Shown: in pieces, positions 23,799 to 36,461 of the stretch
Position numbering within the stretch: the first letter of the stretch is position 1
How the letters are laid out: each line of letters begins with the position of its first letter
From: the human T2T-CHM13v2.0 reference genome, Homo sapiens
Reading direction: 5' to 3' (one strand)
DNA: 64,000 bases
Assembly: GCF_009914755.1 (NCBI RefSeq)
Contig: NC_060932.1
Notes under the pieces: generated by a model
Seen by the model: the letters and a program-made list of their open reading frames with translations, nothing else
Database searches by the model: none
Told to the model about the DNA's origin: nothing
Made by a program: the position numbers and the translations under genes

Positions 23799-24257
23799 CC
23801 AACAACGAAAAAAAATCCTTTCAGGTTGAAAAGATGAAGGTGGAATTCACCATGCGAGAGGGCTTTCTAATAGACAGTTTTTATCTTGACAGTGGTGTCC
23901 TCTTAACATATATTTACTTTCTAATTACCCAGAACTGTGTAATTAACCTGTCACTAGACAGTGCTTGCCACACTAATGAATGGATAAGAATTCTGAGTAT
24001 TAATAACCAGCCCTGTGGAGGGAAGGTGATCCAGCCTCTTATGACTCAGCTGACATGTTTTTCTTGCCTGGTTTTATCTCCCTCGCCCCTTTATTTTCTC
24101 TATTTGGGCAGCAGCTCACAGGAAAATTTTTTTAACATGAAAGTATCCTAGGACCTGAGCTCGCCATGATTTAAGGAATTAAGACCACTCTGTCCTGACT
24201 GGCAAGAGTTAGATGCTTTGAATGTGACAGGTCTCAAGATGAGAATGGTCATGGAAT

Positions 24258-24352
24258 TGTTACCAGCAAAGGGTCCCAATCCAGACCCCAAGAGAGGGTT
24301 CTTGGACTTCACACAACAAAGAATTCGGGGCAAGTCCATAGAGTGAAGTGGA
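24258..24352 (-). mobile_element. ERV1 (MER4-group) LTR terminal fragment
   Basis: TGTTACCAGCAAAGGGTCCCAATCCAGACCCCAAGAGAGGGTTCTTGGA, characteristic of a MER4-group LTR end. Confidence 0.75.
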
Positions 24353-26109
24353 AGATATCCCAGGATCTCCACCTCATCCTGACTGCACTGTCCTATAAAC
24401 ATGGGCCAGAGTGTGGCAGAGACTTAATTCTACCAGAAGCAGCTTTTTCTTTTGTTTTTCCTTTCACTTTGCTCTACTCGCATTGATTTCCTCCCCTCTG
24501 GAGTCAGACCACCCTGGCTTGGGAACCAGAGCCCCCTTTACCAGCTGGGCCAGTCACTGAATCTGAGTCATATGCAGGACTAGAGTGATTACGACTGTGA
24601 CATCTCACGCCTGGGGCAGGAGAGAACAAGGTGTGTGTGAAATGCCTACCACAGTCTGGGGACATAGCAGAAAGTCCATAAACACCATTCTCCTCCTTTC
24701 TCCTCTTCTTCCTCAACCTCATTCTCAGCCTTCTCTTCCTACTTAAAAAAAAAAAAAAAAAAAAGGACTCTTCTTTAAACAAGAGACCTGGCTCTCTCCA
24801 GTCCCTCGGATGATCTCTGTGTAATGCCACAAGGCTGCCTCAGATTTGTGTCACTAATGCCCCCAAGGAAGGGCCAAGGCTAAAGACAGCTCAGACTCTA
24901 GCCCCTTTGTTTCTGTTTTTGAAAAATCTCTCACCCTGAGGGAACAGCCAAGGATTGGGCGATGCTTAGCAAGGTGAGGGAGAAGCTATGCTAAAGTCCC
25001 TGTGGAGATCAGCCTGTAAAAATAAGGGTGCACAAAGCATTTCACAGATCAGAGGAAAAACCCTGAACAAATGGGGGCGGGAACAGAACAGCTGCTTGCT
25101 GCCTCTAGGGAGTCACTGCCAGCAGTCAACTGCTGTACTCCTGAGACTGTCCTGGCTTCTGGGCCCCAAGATGCCAGGAAGGAGGCATCTGTGCTGCCGG
25201 AGCATGAGGCCTGCCCTTGCACAGCTGTTGGCCAGGCCAGGCCAGCCCCTGAAGCCCTTGCCAGCTTTCTCCTTCCTGTGTCCTCACCAGCTGTGTACTT
25301 TATCTACCTTCCCTCCCAGCACTACCACCACCGCCCACCCTCTACCCCCCACCCCCACAGCCAGCTTCCCCTCTGAGGGCTCCTCCTGTCTGTCTCTCCC
25401 TCTTTTCCCTGCCACCATACTCCTTCAGTCCTAAATCCAAATCCCTCTCAACTAGGTGTCACATCTGAAAGAGGCCTGATAAATTAATCCCCACCAAAAT
25501 GTCCTGGCTAAACTGACAGCAGCTTAATGTGCTTTTAGCTTAATGCAGTTTAGACCCTCCCCAGAGTGCTTGCATTTTAGCAGGGGATTCCTGAAGACAT
25601 AGTGGAAACGTCCTCAAGGATGGAAATGGCGCAGCCTCGTGGGCACAAGGTAGGGCAGGAGAAAGGGCTTGGGGGAATGGAGGGGCTCAGGAATCATCCC
25701 ACCTGGCCAGAGACCCACTTCTGAGCATTCCAGGCATGACTCAAATATGGAGAGAAGGACAGGGAAACTGGGAAGAGAGGGGAAGCTGTAAAGCCTTGGT
25801 AGTGTTTTATTTAACATTCAACATTGGTTTAGGTTTATATGGCGTACCGGGGGGTGACAATAGGCTTCACACAAAAGATGGAAAGCAAGTCAATTTCCAT
25901 GACCCCTCCCAAGTGATTGCAAGACACACACGGCCTCCAGAACAGAACCATGTGATAAATGCCTCCCTTAAGAGAGAGACGAGCAATCATTTCCATCGCT
26001 ACTGTGCCCCACACCCAAGCCCAGCTGCGATCAGCACCAATGCTAGGCAGGCATCCCTTCCCTAGTTGGAGGGTGCACAGGACCAGACAGGCACAAGTGC
26101 ATGTGGCAT

Positions 26110-26735
26110 TGACATAGAAGTTAAGAACAAAGTATTTAAGCAAGTAGTGAGGGTAAGAAGTCCTCAGGAAGGTTTTCCTTTTAATGAAAAAGCAGCCCCC
26201 AAATCATTTTCTTTTCTAACAAAGAACAGCCTACAAAATCAAGCTGCAGACATAAGCAAGCTAGAAGCTTGCACAGGTTAATGCTGGCAAGTGTGCCAAT
26301 AGGAAAAGTCTACCCGGGGCTAGGCATGTCCAACATGGCGGCTCCATCTTTCCCTTTCCTTGTCAATCACGTGCACAGTAACGAGCAGTCAACATGGGAC
26401 TGGCCAAGTAGAGACTCCATTTGCATAATAAGATTAGGATGTGGTGCTTAGTTTCTTCGTGCACTATGTAAACATCACACCTGGTCCAAACAATCTTTGG
26501 GCCCTATGTGAATCAGACACGGCCTCCTCAAGCCTGTCTATAAAATCTGGCATACTCCACCAAGGCCCAGAAGTCCCATTCGGGTGCCCCTCTCTCTTGC
26601 AATAGAGAGAGCTGTCCTCCTTTGTCCATTAAACCTCCACTCCTAAACTCACTCCTCATGTGGGTCCGTGTCCTTAATTTTCTTCGCATGAGGCAACGAA
26701 CCTCGGGTATTACCTCAGACAACGATGTTGCTTCA
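26110..26735 (+). mobile_element. ERV1 solo LTR, LTR9-family-like
   Basis: TG...CA termini; 4-bp TSD GCAT (26106-26109 / 26736-26739); TATAAAA 26539-26545; ATTAAA 26628-26633; the start TGACATAGAAGTTAAGAAC...AGTGAGGGT resembles LTR9. Confidence 0.8.
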
Positions 26736-27899
26736 GCATGGTGGGGAAGAGGCAACTCTTGGGGTCATTGTTGGGGTGTAGAGAGAAGGGGAATGGCAGA
26801 GGCATGGAAAGCCCAGACTCCAGGAGGAAAGGAGAGGCTAATGAGCACATTAGGGCTGGCAGGGCTGACAGGAGGGCACGTGTTCCCCATCGTCCTCATT
26901 ATCAAAGAGCTCTCTGAACACAGGATCAATGCATCACCCTTTTGATTTCCATCAGTAGCACTGTCTTCTTTGAGAACAGTGGTGCTCTAGTCCCAATCAC
27001 CTGTTTACATGGGTTCCAAGTGTCTCCTATTTCCTAAGGTAGTCTTGATTTCAAATAGGATGTCCATGAACTCTCCCCCACACGATGGAGTATTGGCTAG
27101 TCAGATTTTATGACACATGTCCTAATTATTGGTTCAGAAAAAAATGCTCACTGAACCTCTCTAGCCATATGGTGAACTTGTCCCTCAAGCAGGATAAAGG
27201 ATTTCTAAGGAAGGACCCTTCTTTATGCATTTTCCATCAACCTTTTCCTCCCCACGCATACTTCTTAGAGGACACAAACTCCAGGACCTGCATATGCCCA
27301 TACCAGGGTAGATGAGGCACACTAGCTCAAAGCCCCCATTCTTTCCAGACCTGAGAGGATCCTCCCACTCTTCCTGGGCATGGCTCCCTGCCTGAGTTTC
27401 TCCCATAAGCCCTTCCCACTCCACTCCTCTCTGTTGCAGCCTCCTAGCTTCTTGCCCAAGCTCATTAGATTCAACCCAAGTCCACATTCTCTGCTGCGCC
27501 TTCCCTCCCTGTTTCCCCGGCAGGAGGATCAGAGGTGACCTTTAAATGTCGCTTGCAAATGCCAGCTGATGCTAACTGGCTCGAAACCGCTGCACAGGCG
27601 TGGTTTCCTGAAAGCCAGCCGGATGGCAGAGCTCAGGCACCAGGGTGGGAGGCTGGCTTCTATGACAGGTCTATGCTGTAAGCAGAAAACCCGGCTTCCA
27701 CAGCCAGACTGTTGCTGAGCTGGGAGGGTGACTGTCTGTATTATTAAATGTTAGAGTAGATGAGTCCCTTGAGACCATCACTGCATGGTTCCTGGGAGAA
27801 AACCAAGGTCCCAAACAAAAAGGCAAATATATCATTCTCAGAACCTAATATCTGCCAGGAAATATGAAACTCTGATAGGCACTTACTTCACTAACCCTC

Positions 27900-28070
27900 A
27901 TTGACTGATTGATAGATCAATCGATAGATCAATTGATAGATCAATCGATCAATCTGTATTGATCTATCTCTATATCTCTCTATAGAGATTAGATATCGAT
28001 ATCTACATATAGATCTATATAGATCTATCTATATCTAATCTCTATAGAGAATAAATGAATGAACGAATGA
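27900..28070. repeat. GATA/GATC-rich low-complexity region containing a 74-bp quasi-palindrome (27977-28050)
   Basis: Perfect 20-bp arms TCTCTATAGAGATTAGATAT / ATATCTAATCTCTATAGAGA. Confidence 0.9.
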
Positions 28071-29265
28071 TGGATTGCCTTGGGTAATTACCACAACAGC
28101 CCTGTAGGGTAGGCACTATTCCTATAATAAAGATAATGAAACACATGCCCAATGAAGTTGACTGAGTTGTCTAAAGGCCACAGCTAATAAAAAGTGAAGC
28201 CAGGATTCAAATCTGGGGTAGCAAGACCTTAGAACAGTTTCCAGGGATCCTTTCTGTGCCCCATACTTTGCTCCTTTCCTTCCTCATCATCAGGGATAGG
28301 TCTGAAGCTTTCCTTTACCCCACGTCTCCTGAAGTTTGTGAATCTCTGGTTTAATTCAACAATTATTTATTTATCAATTTGCATCCTCCTGTTCTGCTGC
28401 CGGAGGGCTTCATTCCCCATTACCCAGCTTCTATGTGTTTGTCAGAACAAATTGCCTGCAGGAAGAGGCAGAGGGAACAGTAAGAGAGAGACCTTCTCTC
28501 ATGCGACATCCCATTACCAAGCTGGGATGACCAAAGGCTGTGGAGGATGTTGCCTTTGTCCCTTGTTCTTAGACAGCGGAGGCTCAAGACCCAATACAGG
28601 GCCTTAAAGAAGGCTCTGCAAGAGTCAGAAAGGGAAAAACAATGAGGGCCTGGGGAATATCTCTGGGCCTGAGAAGTAGGATCCCTGGATCTGATTCTAG
28701 TGTTTCCCCAACTGAAAACAAATCAATGTCCTTTCCTAGGTTTCTTATTAATTCATTGAGGAACACATTGGCTCATGAGTGTGCCATGATGGTGGATGTC
28801 TTCCACCTCCACCAGGCATCTCCGTCAACAGGCTTGGGAGAACTCCTGAACAGTACAAGCAGAAGGAGCACTTGGCTGATAACAGAACCATGACATCTTT
28901 GCCGCTGAATCAGGACAGTGTCATTACATACAAAAGAGTCCCAGCACCTGGTTTCACCTTCCTGCCTTCTTGGGAAGCTGGAAGAGTCACATAAAAAGAC
29001 CCCTAAGAGAAAGAAATGATTTCATAAGGGAAAACAAATAATTAAATTATTTCAAGCTTATCTTACCTCAGTAATAGTTGTCACATCTGACTGCTTTTAG
29101 GCATGAAGCTATCAAGGTTTATAGTATCATTAGGTCCCTAACTTCCCTAATTTATCAATAAAACAGGTGTTGAATTGGACTCAGTGACATATCACACTAA
29201 ACAGGCTTTTACAAGCGGCTCTATTCACACTGATTCATTCACTCATTTGTACTTGCATGCATTTA

Positions 29266-29344
29266 TTAGTTTGGTGCAGAAGTAATGGCAATTTTTGCCA
29301 TTGAAAGCAATGGCAAAACCACAATCTCTTTTGCACCAACCTTA
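29266..29344. mobile_element. MADE1 (Hsmar1 mariner MITE)
   Basis: ~80-bp inverted-repeat element TTAGTTTGGTGCAGAAGTAATGGC...TTTTGCACCAACCTTA flanked by TA. Confidence 0.9.
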
Positions 29345-30804
29345 TAGTAAGTCACTCTTTCATTAATCAATACCACTGAACTTGCAGCTATGTGAAGTCC
29401 TTTGGGATAATAAGATGAAGATGCTGTCCCCACCATCTAGAAATGTGTCATTCTAGACTGTAGTCCAAGAAAGTCAACACAGAATGTCATCCACCAAGAC
29501 AATATGAAGAGCTGCACATGTGATTACAGTCCAGTCAACCTGCATTGAGGAAGCTGCTGGCCCCAAAGGCCCCTGGGCTTTGCCAAAGACCTGTCTTGAT
29601 CACATCTGAAGACCCACCACTGTCTTGTCTTCACTCTTGGCCTTTGCCTCCTGACTTTCACTTTTCTTTCAAAAATATCAAGATACTTTGTAAAAAAAAA
29701 AAAAAAAAAAAAATGTTCTCCAAGCCCATGCATACCTACATCCTCCCTACTATTGGAGGATCTCTTGAACTGGGGACAAATTCATCAAAATCATGAGGGA
29801 AAAAAACACTTTGGGTGAATATATCTTAGAGGTTTGAATGGAGTGCTTGAGTCAACAACTGGGAGAACTCTTATCTCCTTGCTTATTAAAAGCCTACAGG
29901 GATGAGTGTTCTGAAGTCTGTTCTCATTAGATTAGGTGTATTAGGATTCCAGTGTCCCTATAATCCACCCACTGGCCAAAAAAAAAACCAAGCAAACAAA
30001 ATGGATAGACAAGGAAAGTAGCATCATCTCCCAGGAAGTCTCAAGCATGCTTATGATTTTCTGATTTCCTGAAATATGATGAGAAGATTGAGACTCATGC
30101 TTATTTTATTGGAAGTAGTTGGCAAAGCCCCAATAATAATGATTGCATGTATTCATATTGGCTTAGTGGGTGACATGCTGTGTTTACTTTCCATTTCCTT
30201 AGAGAGGGACATGTAGAGAAGCTAAAAAGGTTCTATTCTAATTTCCCCAGCATGTGTCTCTACTTCCAAGAGTGCATACATGCATGGAGCCATGGGGAGA
30301 AAAAGGAAAAATGGACTCTCGGAAAAAAAAAGAAGATGACCAAAAGAAGTCCACTTGATAAAGGAGTCTTCCCAAGAAAGTAGGAGTCATTTAGGGCAGG
30401 ATGGAAGAAACTAGGTTTCAGCTAGTGATGCTAAGTAAAGTAAATAGTGGGAGGCAAGAGTTCAAATTGTAAATAAACAAGGTTTTTAGAGAACCCTGGG
30501 TTCAAATGAAGCGAGAGGAGTGTTATCTTACCTGAAGAATTTAGAAGCCCTAATCCAAGAGGTGTGAGAAGTGGAAGTTTAGTTTAGGAAGATTCTGAGG
30601 GAGGAATCCAAGAAGGACATTCACATGAGGTATCTAAAACCCAGCTGTGGGCTGAGGACTCAATCAGAAAAGATTTTGCTTCCTTGGTTATTAAGGGAGA
30701 TGGATGTAATCATTCCAGTCACTTTCACTTCAAAGTGAAAACGAGAAAAGGAAGCAGAACACACTCTACTTTGTGGGGGTGCAGGGGGCTGTCTACCCAG
30801 CATC

Positions 30805-31312
30805 TATCCCTCCTCTGCTGATAATTTTATTCTGATTTTTCCTGGGGAGCCCTCTTCCCATTCTTACTCCACCAGCTTTTGGGTGAGATTGACTCTGTCC
30901 CCAGCACCAGGTGTGAAGCACATGGCCTCCACCCAACCAATCAGCTGTTTGTAGATTGAGCCAATCAGAGTGATCCTCAGTGAACACATAACTTCACCAA
31001 GCCAATCAGAGTGATCCTCAGGGGTTTCTGTGGGACCACCAGGAGAAGCTTTTCTTCTTTCTCAAAAACTTGAAGTTGAAAGAAGACAAGACCTGGAACC
31101 ACTGTGGTCATCTTTCAACCACAGAAAGAGAGCTTGCTTGCCCGAGAATGGAGACAGTAGGAAGGAGAGTCAAGAGATGAAAATTTGAATCACGGAGACA
31201 TTGTTTGAGCTCCCGCCTCAAACCACATCTTACACCAGACTTAGAACTGGACTGTTTGTCACCAGTTGAGTTGGATTTTCCATTACTTTAAGCCAAAATA
31301 GACTTAACTCAT
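30805..31312 (+). mobile_element. ERVL LTR16-like solo LTR
   Basis: Repeated CCAATCAG boxes, GGTCATCTTTCAACCAC, GAGTTGGATTTTCCATTACTT. Confidence 0.55.
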
Positions 31313-31316
31313 ATAA

Positions 31317-31760
<444 letters not shown>

Positions 31761-33569
31761 TGATGTGTGCCCTCTTGCTGTGCAATGGAGCTGGCTGGAC
31801 TGGAGAGGACCAGGTAATATGAGGAAGAATTGTGATACAGGTCTCATGCCTCAGCACCCTGAACTTCAATCGGCGTGGCAGCAATAAATATTTCCCAAAC
31901 TGCAAAATACCCCTCCACTTGAAAGTGACCAAAAGCTACCTTTCCAACTGGCCCACCTGGCAGTGGTTTGCACAGTATCTCAGTGGAATTCTCACAAGAA
32001 GAAAAATGAGTTGTTGTGCAATGAATCCTGATTTACAAACTAGTCAGCTTTGGTGTGCACCTCGCTTGCCCTAAATGAACAACTGCGCACACATCACCAA
32101 ACCGCTCTGAATCTCAGTTTCCTCCTCTCTGCGTGGGGGATGGTGACTTCCCTCCCCGTCTCATGGGGTCCCTGCCAAGATGCTACTGTGAGAACACCAT
32201 GAAAGACCTACAGCGCTGCTTAACTAGGACGCATTATTAGGAAAACTAGAAATCCCTTCCTAAGGACACACATCAGCATTAGCTTCTCTTTTAGGTAATA
32301 AACAAACAAACAAACAAACGGAGTTGGTGGCATAATCACAGCTAAATTGGAAACGCTAGCATTATCCAGAACAAGCTATCTATCGAGAGAAGCTGAGAGG
32401 CCTCGGATGCACAAAATCATATTTCCCCAGGCATAGGATTAATTAAAACTATCAAGTGTTCCCAGCTTTTTGAAATTAACTTTGAAAGTGTTTGGTGTGA
32501 AGGGATAAAGAGAGAGGCTATGTGGAGGGGGGAGGACAAGGGCGGAGCTGCTGGAGGGAGACACATGCCAAAGCTGTGTGTTTGTGGTGTTCTTCTTAGG
32601 AGAAAAAGGAAAAAAAATGAAATTTTAAAGACTTTTTAGGAAGGGACAGAAAAATAGAACAGTATGGTATTCACCCCCTACCTCTCGCATGCATTGCAGG
32701 TTCTTTCTTCTCTGATGGATGTGGGTTCAAGACTCACAACCCCAGCATCAAGGCCAGGTGGTGTGGAAGTAGGTAGGGGATGCAGAGACTGATCATCCAC
32801 CCTTTCACTGCCCACCTCTGGGCTTTGTTCTTATTTGGTCTTTTTCTCCTTTGCAAATAAAACTATTTCCAGCATTTTTCTAAGCTATTGGACGATGGTC
32901 ATGTTATGAACAGAGGCCAGGAATCCTCTATTTACTAGCTGTGGGACCTCAGCTATGTCACTCGCTTCTTCCCAAGACTCAATTTCCTTACCTGTAAAAT
33001 AGGGTAAGAGGGGAAAGAAGTTTATTTGTCAAGAAGCCCAAGTGGAACCTTGGGAGTGAATCACGTAACACACAAAGGATTGCCACACAGCACAATAAAT
33101 TCTTCCACATTTCACATTTACTCAAACTACTTTAAGCTAGGAATAGAGCACTGCTAAGCCCTGGAGGTAATGGCACAAATGACATCTTTCCTGTTGGGAT
33201 TCTGTTTCTACATGGCAGGGAAATGCATTTTCCTTTTTCGCTGTCACTGCAATTCAAACTCCCAAAAGCATATCGTTTCCTTTTACTCTCCCTTTGGTGA
33301 GTTTGAGGTTTCTTCCCAAGCCCCACTCACCAGCTCCTTGCTCGTCAGGACCCACAGATCTTAGAAGGAAGTGTTATGAGTCCCTAGAACTATACTTGTC
33401 ACCATCTCCTATCTCCTCCCTCTGGATCTGTACCTCCAAACCTTAGAGATTAGGAAGCTTGTAGATTCCACCTTCTGGAACGAAGCAATCTGCTTCTTTG
33501 TGTACTAAATTCCTACTTACCTCTCCAGTCATATCAGATATCTTCCCCTGTCCTTCCTAACAGAGATCA

Positions 33570-34120
33570 GATTATGGTCAGGTTTGCTATTCTTCTTTAT
33601 TCAGCCATACACTTCAAGGGAGAACAATCCTGCTGCCTTTCCAGTACAGGGAGTTTGTCTTGATTGGTCTAACCCAATCATGGAAGTCCTCTCCTGCTAG
33701 CCAACGGTCAAACAATGGACATGTTAGTTCTGGCTAGCAAGAGATGAAGGAATGTTTGTTGAGGGTTCTGGAACTCTCCTTTTGGAAAAGAGGCTGCAGG
33801 AGAGAAGGCATTCTTTTCCAAAAATTCTCCTCCTTTTTGCAAAAGAGAGCAGGAGAGAAGGCATTGTTTGTCCTTTGGCATCTTCAGGTATGACTATAAC
33901 ACCTAATGAGAAGGACAGCTAGACAAGAACAAATACTCAGGCTGAGGACAGCAGCACAGAATGGGAAAGTAATTCTGAGCCCTTGACATTACTGAGCTGA
34001 TTAGCCAGCCTGTGGGTCACCCTACCTCTGGGTTACATGTCACATGAGATACGTCTATTATTGTTTAAGTCCATTTGAGATGGAAGATCTTCTTACTTGC
34101 ACCCTAAAGCACTCAACAGA
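33570..34120 (+). mobile_element. Old MLT1 (K/L-like) LTR with an internal ~40-bp duplication (33772-33866)
   Basis: CTTGATTGGTCTAACCCAATCATGG...ATTGTTTAAGTCCATTTGAG; GCAGGAGAGAAGGCATT occurs twice. Confidence 0.55.
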
Positions 34121-34424
34121 TCCACCAACTCCCATTTTTCCCAGTGGGTTTCCTCGGTGCCTTGTTGTGGTCTCATCATTCTGAGGGTGGAGCTTGCTGG
34201 TCCCATGTCTTCAGGCTGCATGAGATGTGGTGGTGCTGCTAGGGAGGGGACACCATTGAGGTCCACATCTCAACAACATCCCACAGATTGCCAAAGCCAA
34301 TTAAGTCTCTCAAAATGTTTCAAATCTCTTCCTTTCAAGCTGTATCATTTCTTGCTTAAATAATTACAACTACATTTCTAAATAATTCTCCTCCTACCAA
34401 TCTTGTCCCAAGTCATGGCCATGT

Positions 34425-35340
34425 ATTGTGAGATAGGAAAAATCCATCATGTTCTACCCTCCACTCAGTTGCCTCTGGTCCCCAAAATCTGTGGGGGTTT
34501 CTCCCTACCAGCAACCAATCAATTGCACAGCAGACACCAGCTGGGTGTCCTACAATTCAATTCAATTCAGACACAATCTACCTGGTAGAAATGTCAGATC
34601 CCACAGTTGGAGGACTCAGTCCTACAAAACTGCCTCCCACTTGAAATGCAATTGCAAGTCACAAGTTGTGGCCTGTACTTCTGACCAAACTGCTGTAAAT
34701 TGGGGGTTCCCACAACCCCCTCCTCAGGTTTAATTTGCTAGAGTGGCTCACAGAACTCTGGGAAACACTTTACTTATATATACTGGCTTAATATAAAGGC
34801 AATGAACAGGATACAGGTGAACAGCTAGATGGAAGTGGTGCATAGGGAAAGGTATAGGGGAAGATGCATGGAGCTTTCATGTGGTTATTGGGCATGCCCC
34901 TCTCCAGGAACCTCCACATGTTCACCTATTCAGAAGCTCTCCAAACCCAGTCTCTCGGGTTTTTATGAAAACTAGCTTCATTACATAGGCATGGTTGGTT
35001 ACATCATTGGTTACTAGTGAACAACTCAACCTTCGGCCTCTTACCGTCTCCAGGAGGTTAGGGGATGGAGCTGAAAGCCTCAACAGATGGTTGGCTCTCC
35101 TGGCAACCAGGCCCACCCTGAGGCTATCCAGGAGCCCACTGAAAGTTGCCTCATTAAAACAAATGACTCTCCTATCCCCTAAGAAATTACAAAGGTCTTG
35201 GGAGCGCTGTGTCAGGAATTGGGGATCAAAGACCAAATATCAGAACAAAAGAGTTTCCTAGTGCCCCCATCTGCAAGGATTTTAGGAGCCATGTTCAGGA
35301 AATGGGGATAAAGACCAAACATATATTTTATAATATCACA
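34425..35340 (-). mobile_element. MER21-family LTR
   Basis: GACACCAGCTGGGTGTCCTACAATTCAATTC...TCAGATCCCACAG...ATAATATCACA. Confidence 0.8.
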
Positions 35341-35344
35341 CCAT

Positions 35345-35900
35345 GAGAGTCCACATCTGACCATGGTCCATCTCCTGTCTAATAGCTGCCACTGTATACA
35401 GGATAAAGTTCAAGATTCTTTGCATGATAAAGAGGATTGTCATGACTGTTTCAGGTCTCATTTCCTGTCTTGTCTTCCGCAAGGCTACGCCTTCTCCTTT
35501 GTGCTGTAATCTTGCCAAAATGGACCCTGCAGGCCCTTTGTTCCCCTGCCTCTCTGCTTTTTCCCATACACCTTTGCATGCCAAGATTGTTGTTTCTTCT
35601 GTCTGCACCTGGCTAATCCTAATGACGCTCCAAGATTGAGCTCAGGCTTCGTTTTCTCCTAGAAGACTTACTTGAACCGCCAGGATGTTCTATATCTCAT
35701 CCTCTGACCTCCTGGAGAGCCCCGTGCATCTCTAGATCTTTGCATTTACCACATCCTATTAAATATTTCTACTTGAGTCCATCTCCCCCACCAGACTCCA
35801 AACTCCTCAGATAGAAAAGAATAAATAACAGTTCCTGCCCTATCTGGAACCTAGCATAGTACCAGGAACACAGTGTGTCCTAAAAAAAATACGATTGAAG
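35345..35900 (+). mobile_element. L2 LINE 3' fragments
   Basis: CTCCCCCACCAGACTCCAAACTCC...ACCTAGCATAGTACCAGGAACACAG resembles the L2 3' end. Confidence 0.55.
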
Positions 35901-36461
35901 TGAAATTTTGAATTTCACATTTGCCAAGCACAGATATTTAACATGAAGAGACAAAAGAACCAGAGCAAAGTATGTCCCCTGGGGAACGTCCATGTCAAGG
36001 AGAACTACATCATTCACTGTCGCCATTTATGAGAAAAGAGATTATTGACTGGAAAGGGAGCCTGGCCTAAGAATTTCATACAGGACAACTTAAACACATG
36101 TGTTATTTCAAAGTTTATTTCAAAACTAGTCCTTTGTGATATTAAAATTAAAAATAGGATAGATGACTCTACTGTTACAAATATATACATATATATATAT
36201 ATATATATATTCACAGGTTTATTAATAAATGGCAAGGCCCAGACCAAACTAGGCAGAAAGAGATAGAAACAAATATAGTTAACTTGCTCTGCTTAATAAA
36301 GTGGAAGAGGTTTGTGTTTTGGGCTGACAGCTCAGCCAGTAAGGCACATGCCCTGAGAAAGAGGTAGGGTAGGCCCTTAAGAAGTAGAGGTAGGTTATGA
36401 AAAAAGTGGCAGGAAAGGCCAAAGGACTTTTGGAAGGGATGTGTAATATTCAATCTGGGGT

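Noticed and set aside
22355-24200. Direct repeats considered as LTRs of a novel element or as a CRISPR-like array
   Set aside because: Only two copies each, no TG...CA termini, TSD, PBS or regular spacing, and the context is eukaryotic; kept only as templated duplications
24988-25434. 148-aa ORF and other 100-155-aa ORFs in non-repeat DNA (e.g. 1252-1719, 3329-3730, 45944-46366)
   Set aside because: No recognisable domain and no splice-consistent exon chain; such lengths are expected by chance in 64 kb. Short exons cannot be excluded without transcript data.
20954-29713. Isolated poly(A)/(T) runs (~20954, ~24745, ~29692) as processed-pseudogene tails
   Set aside because: No flanking TSD or recognisable mRNA body
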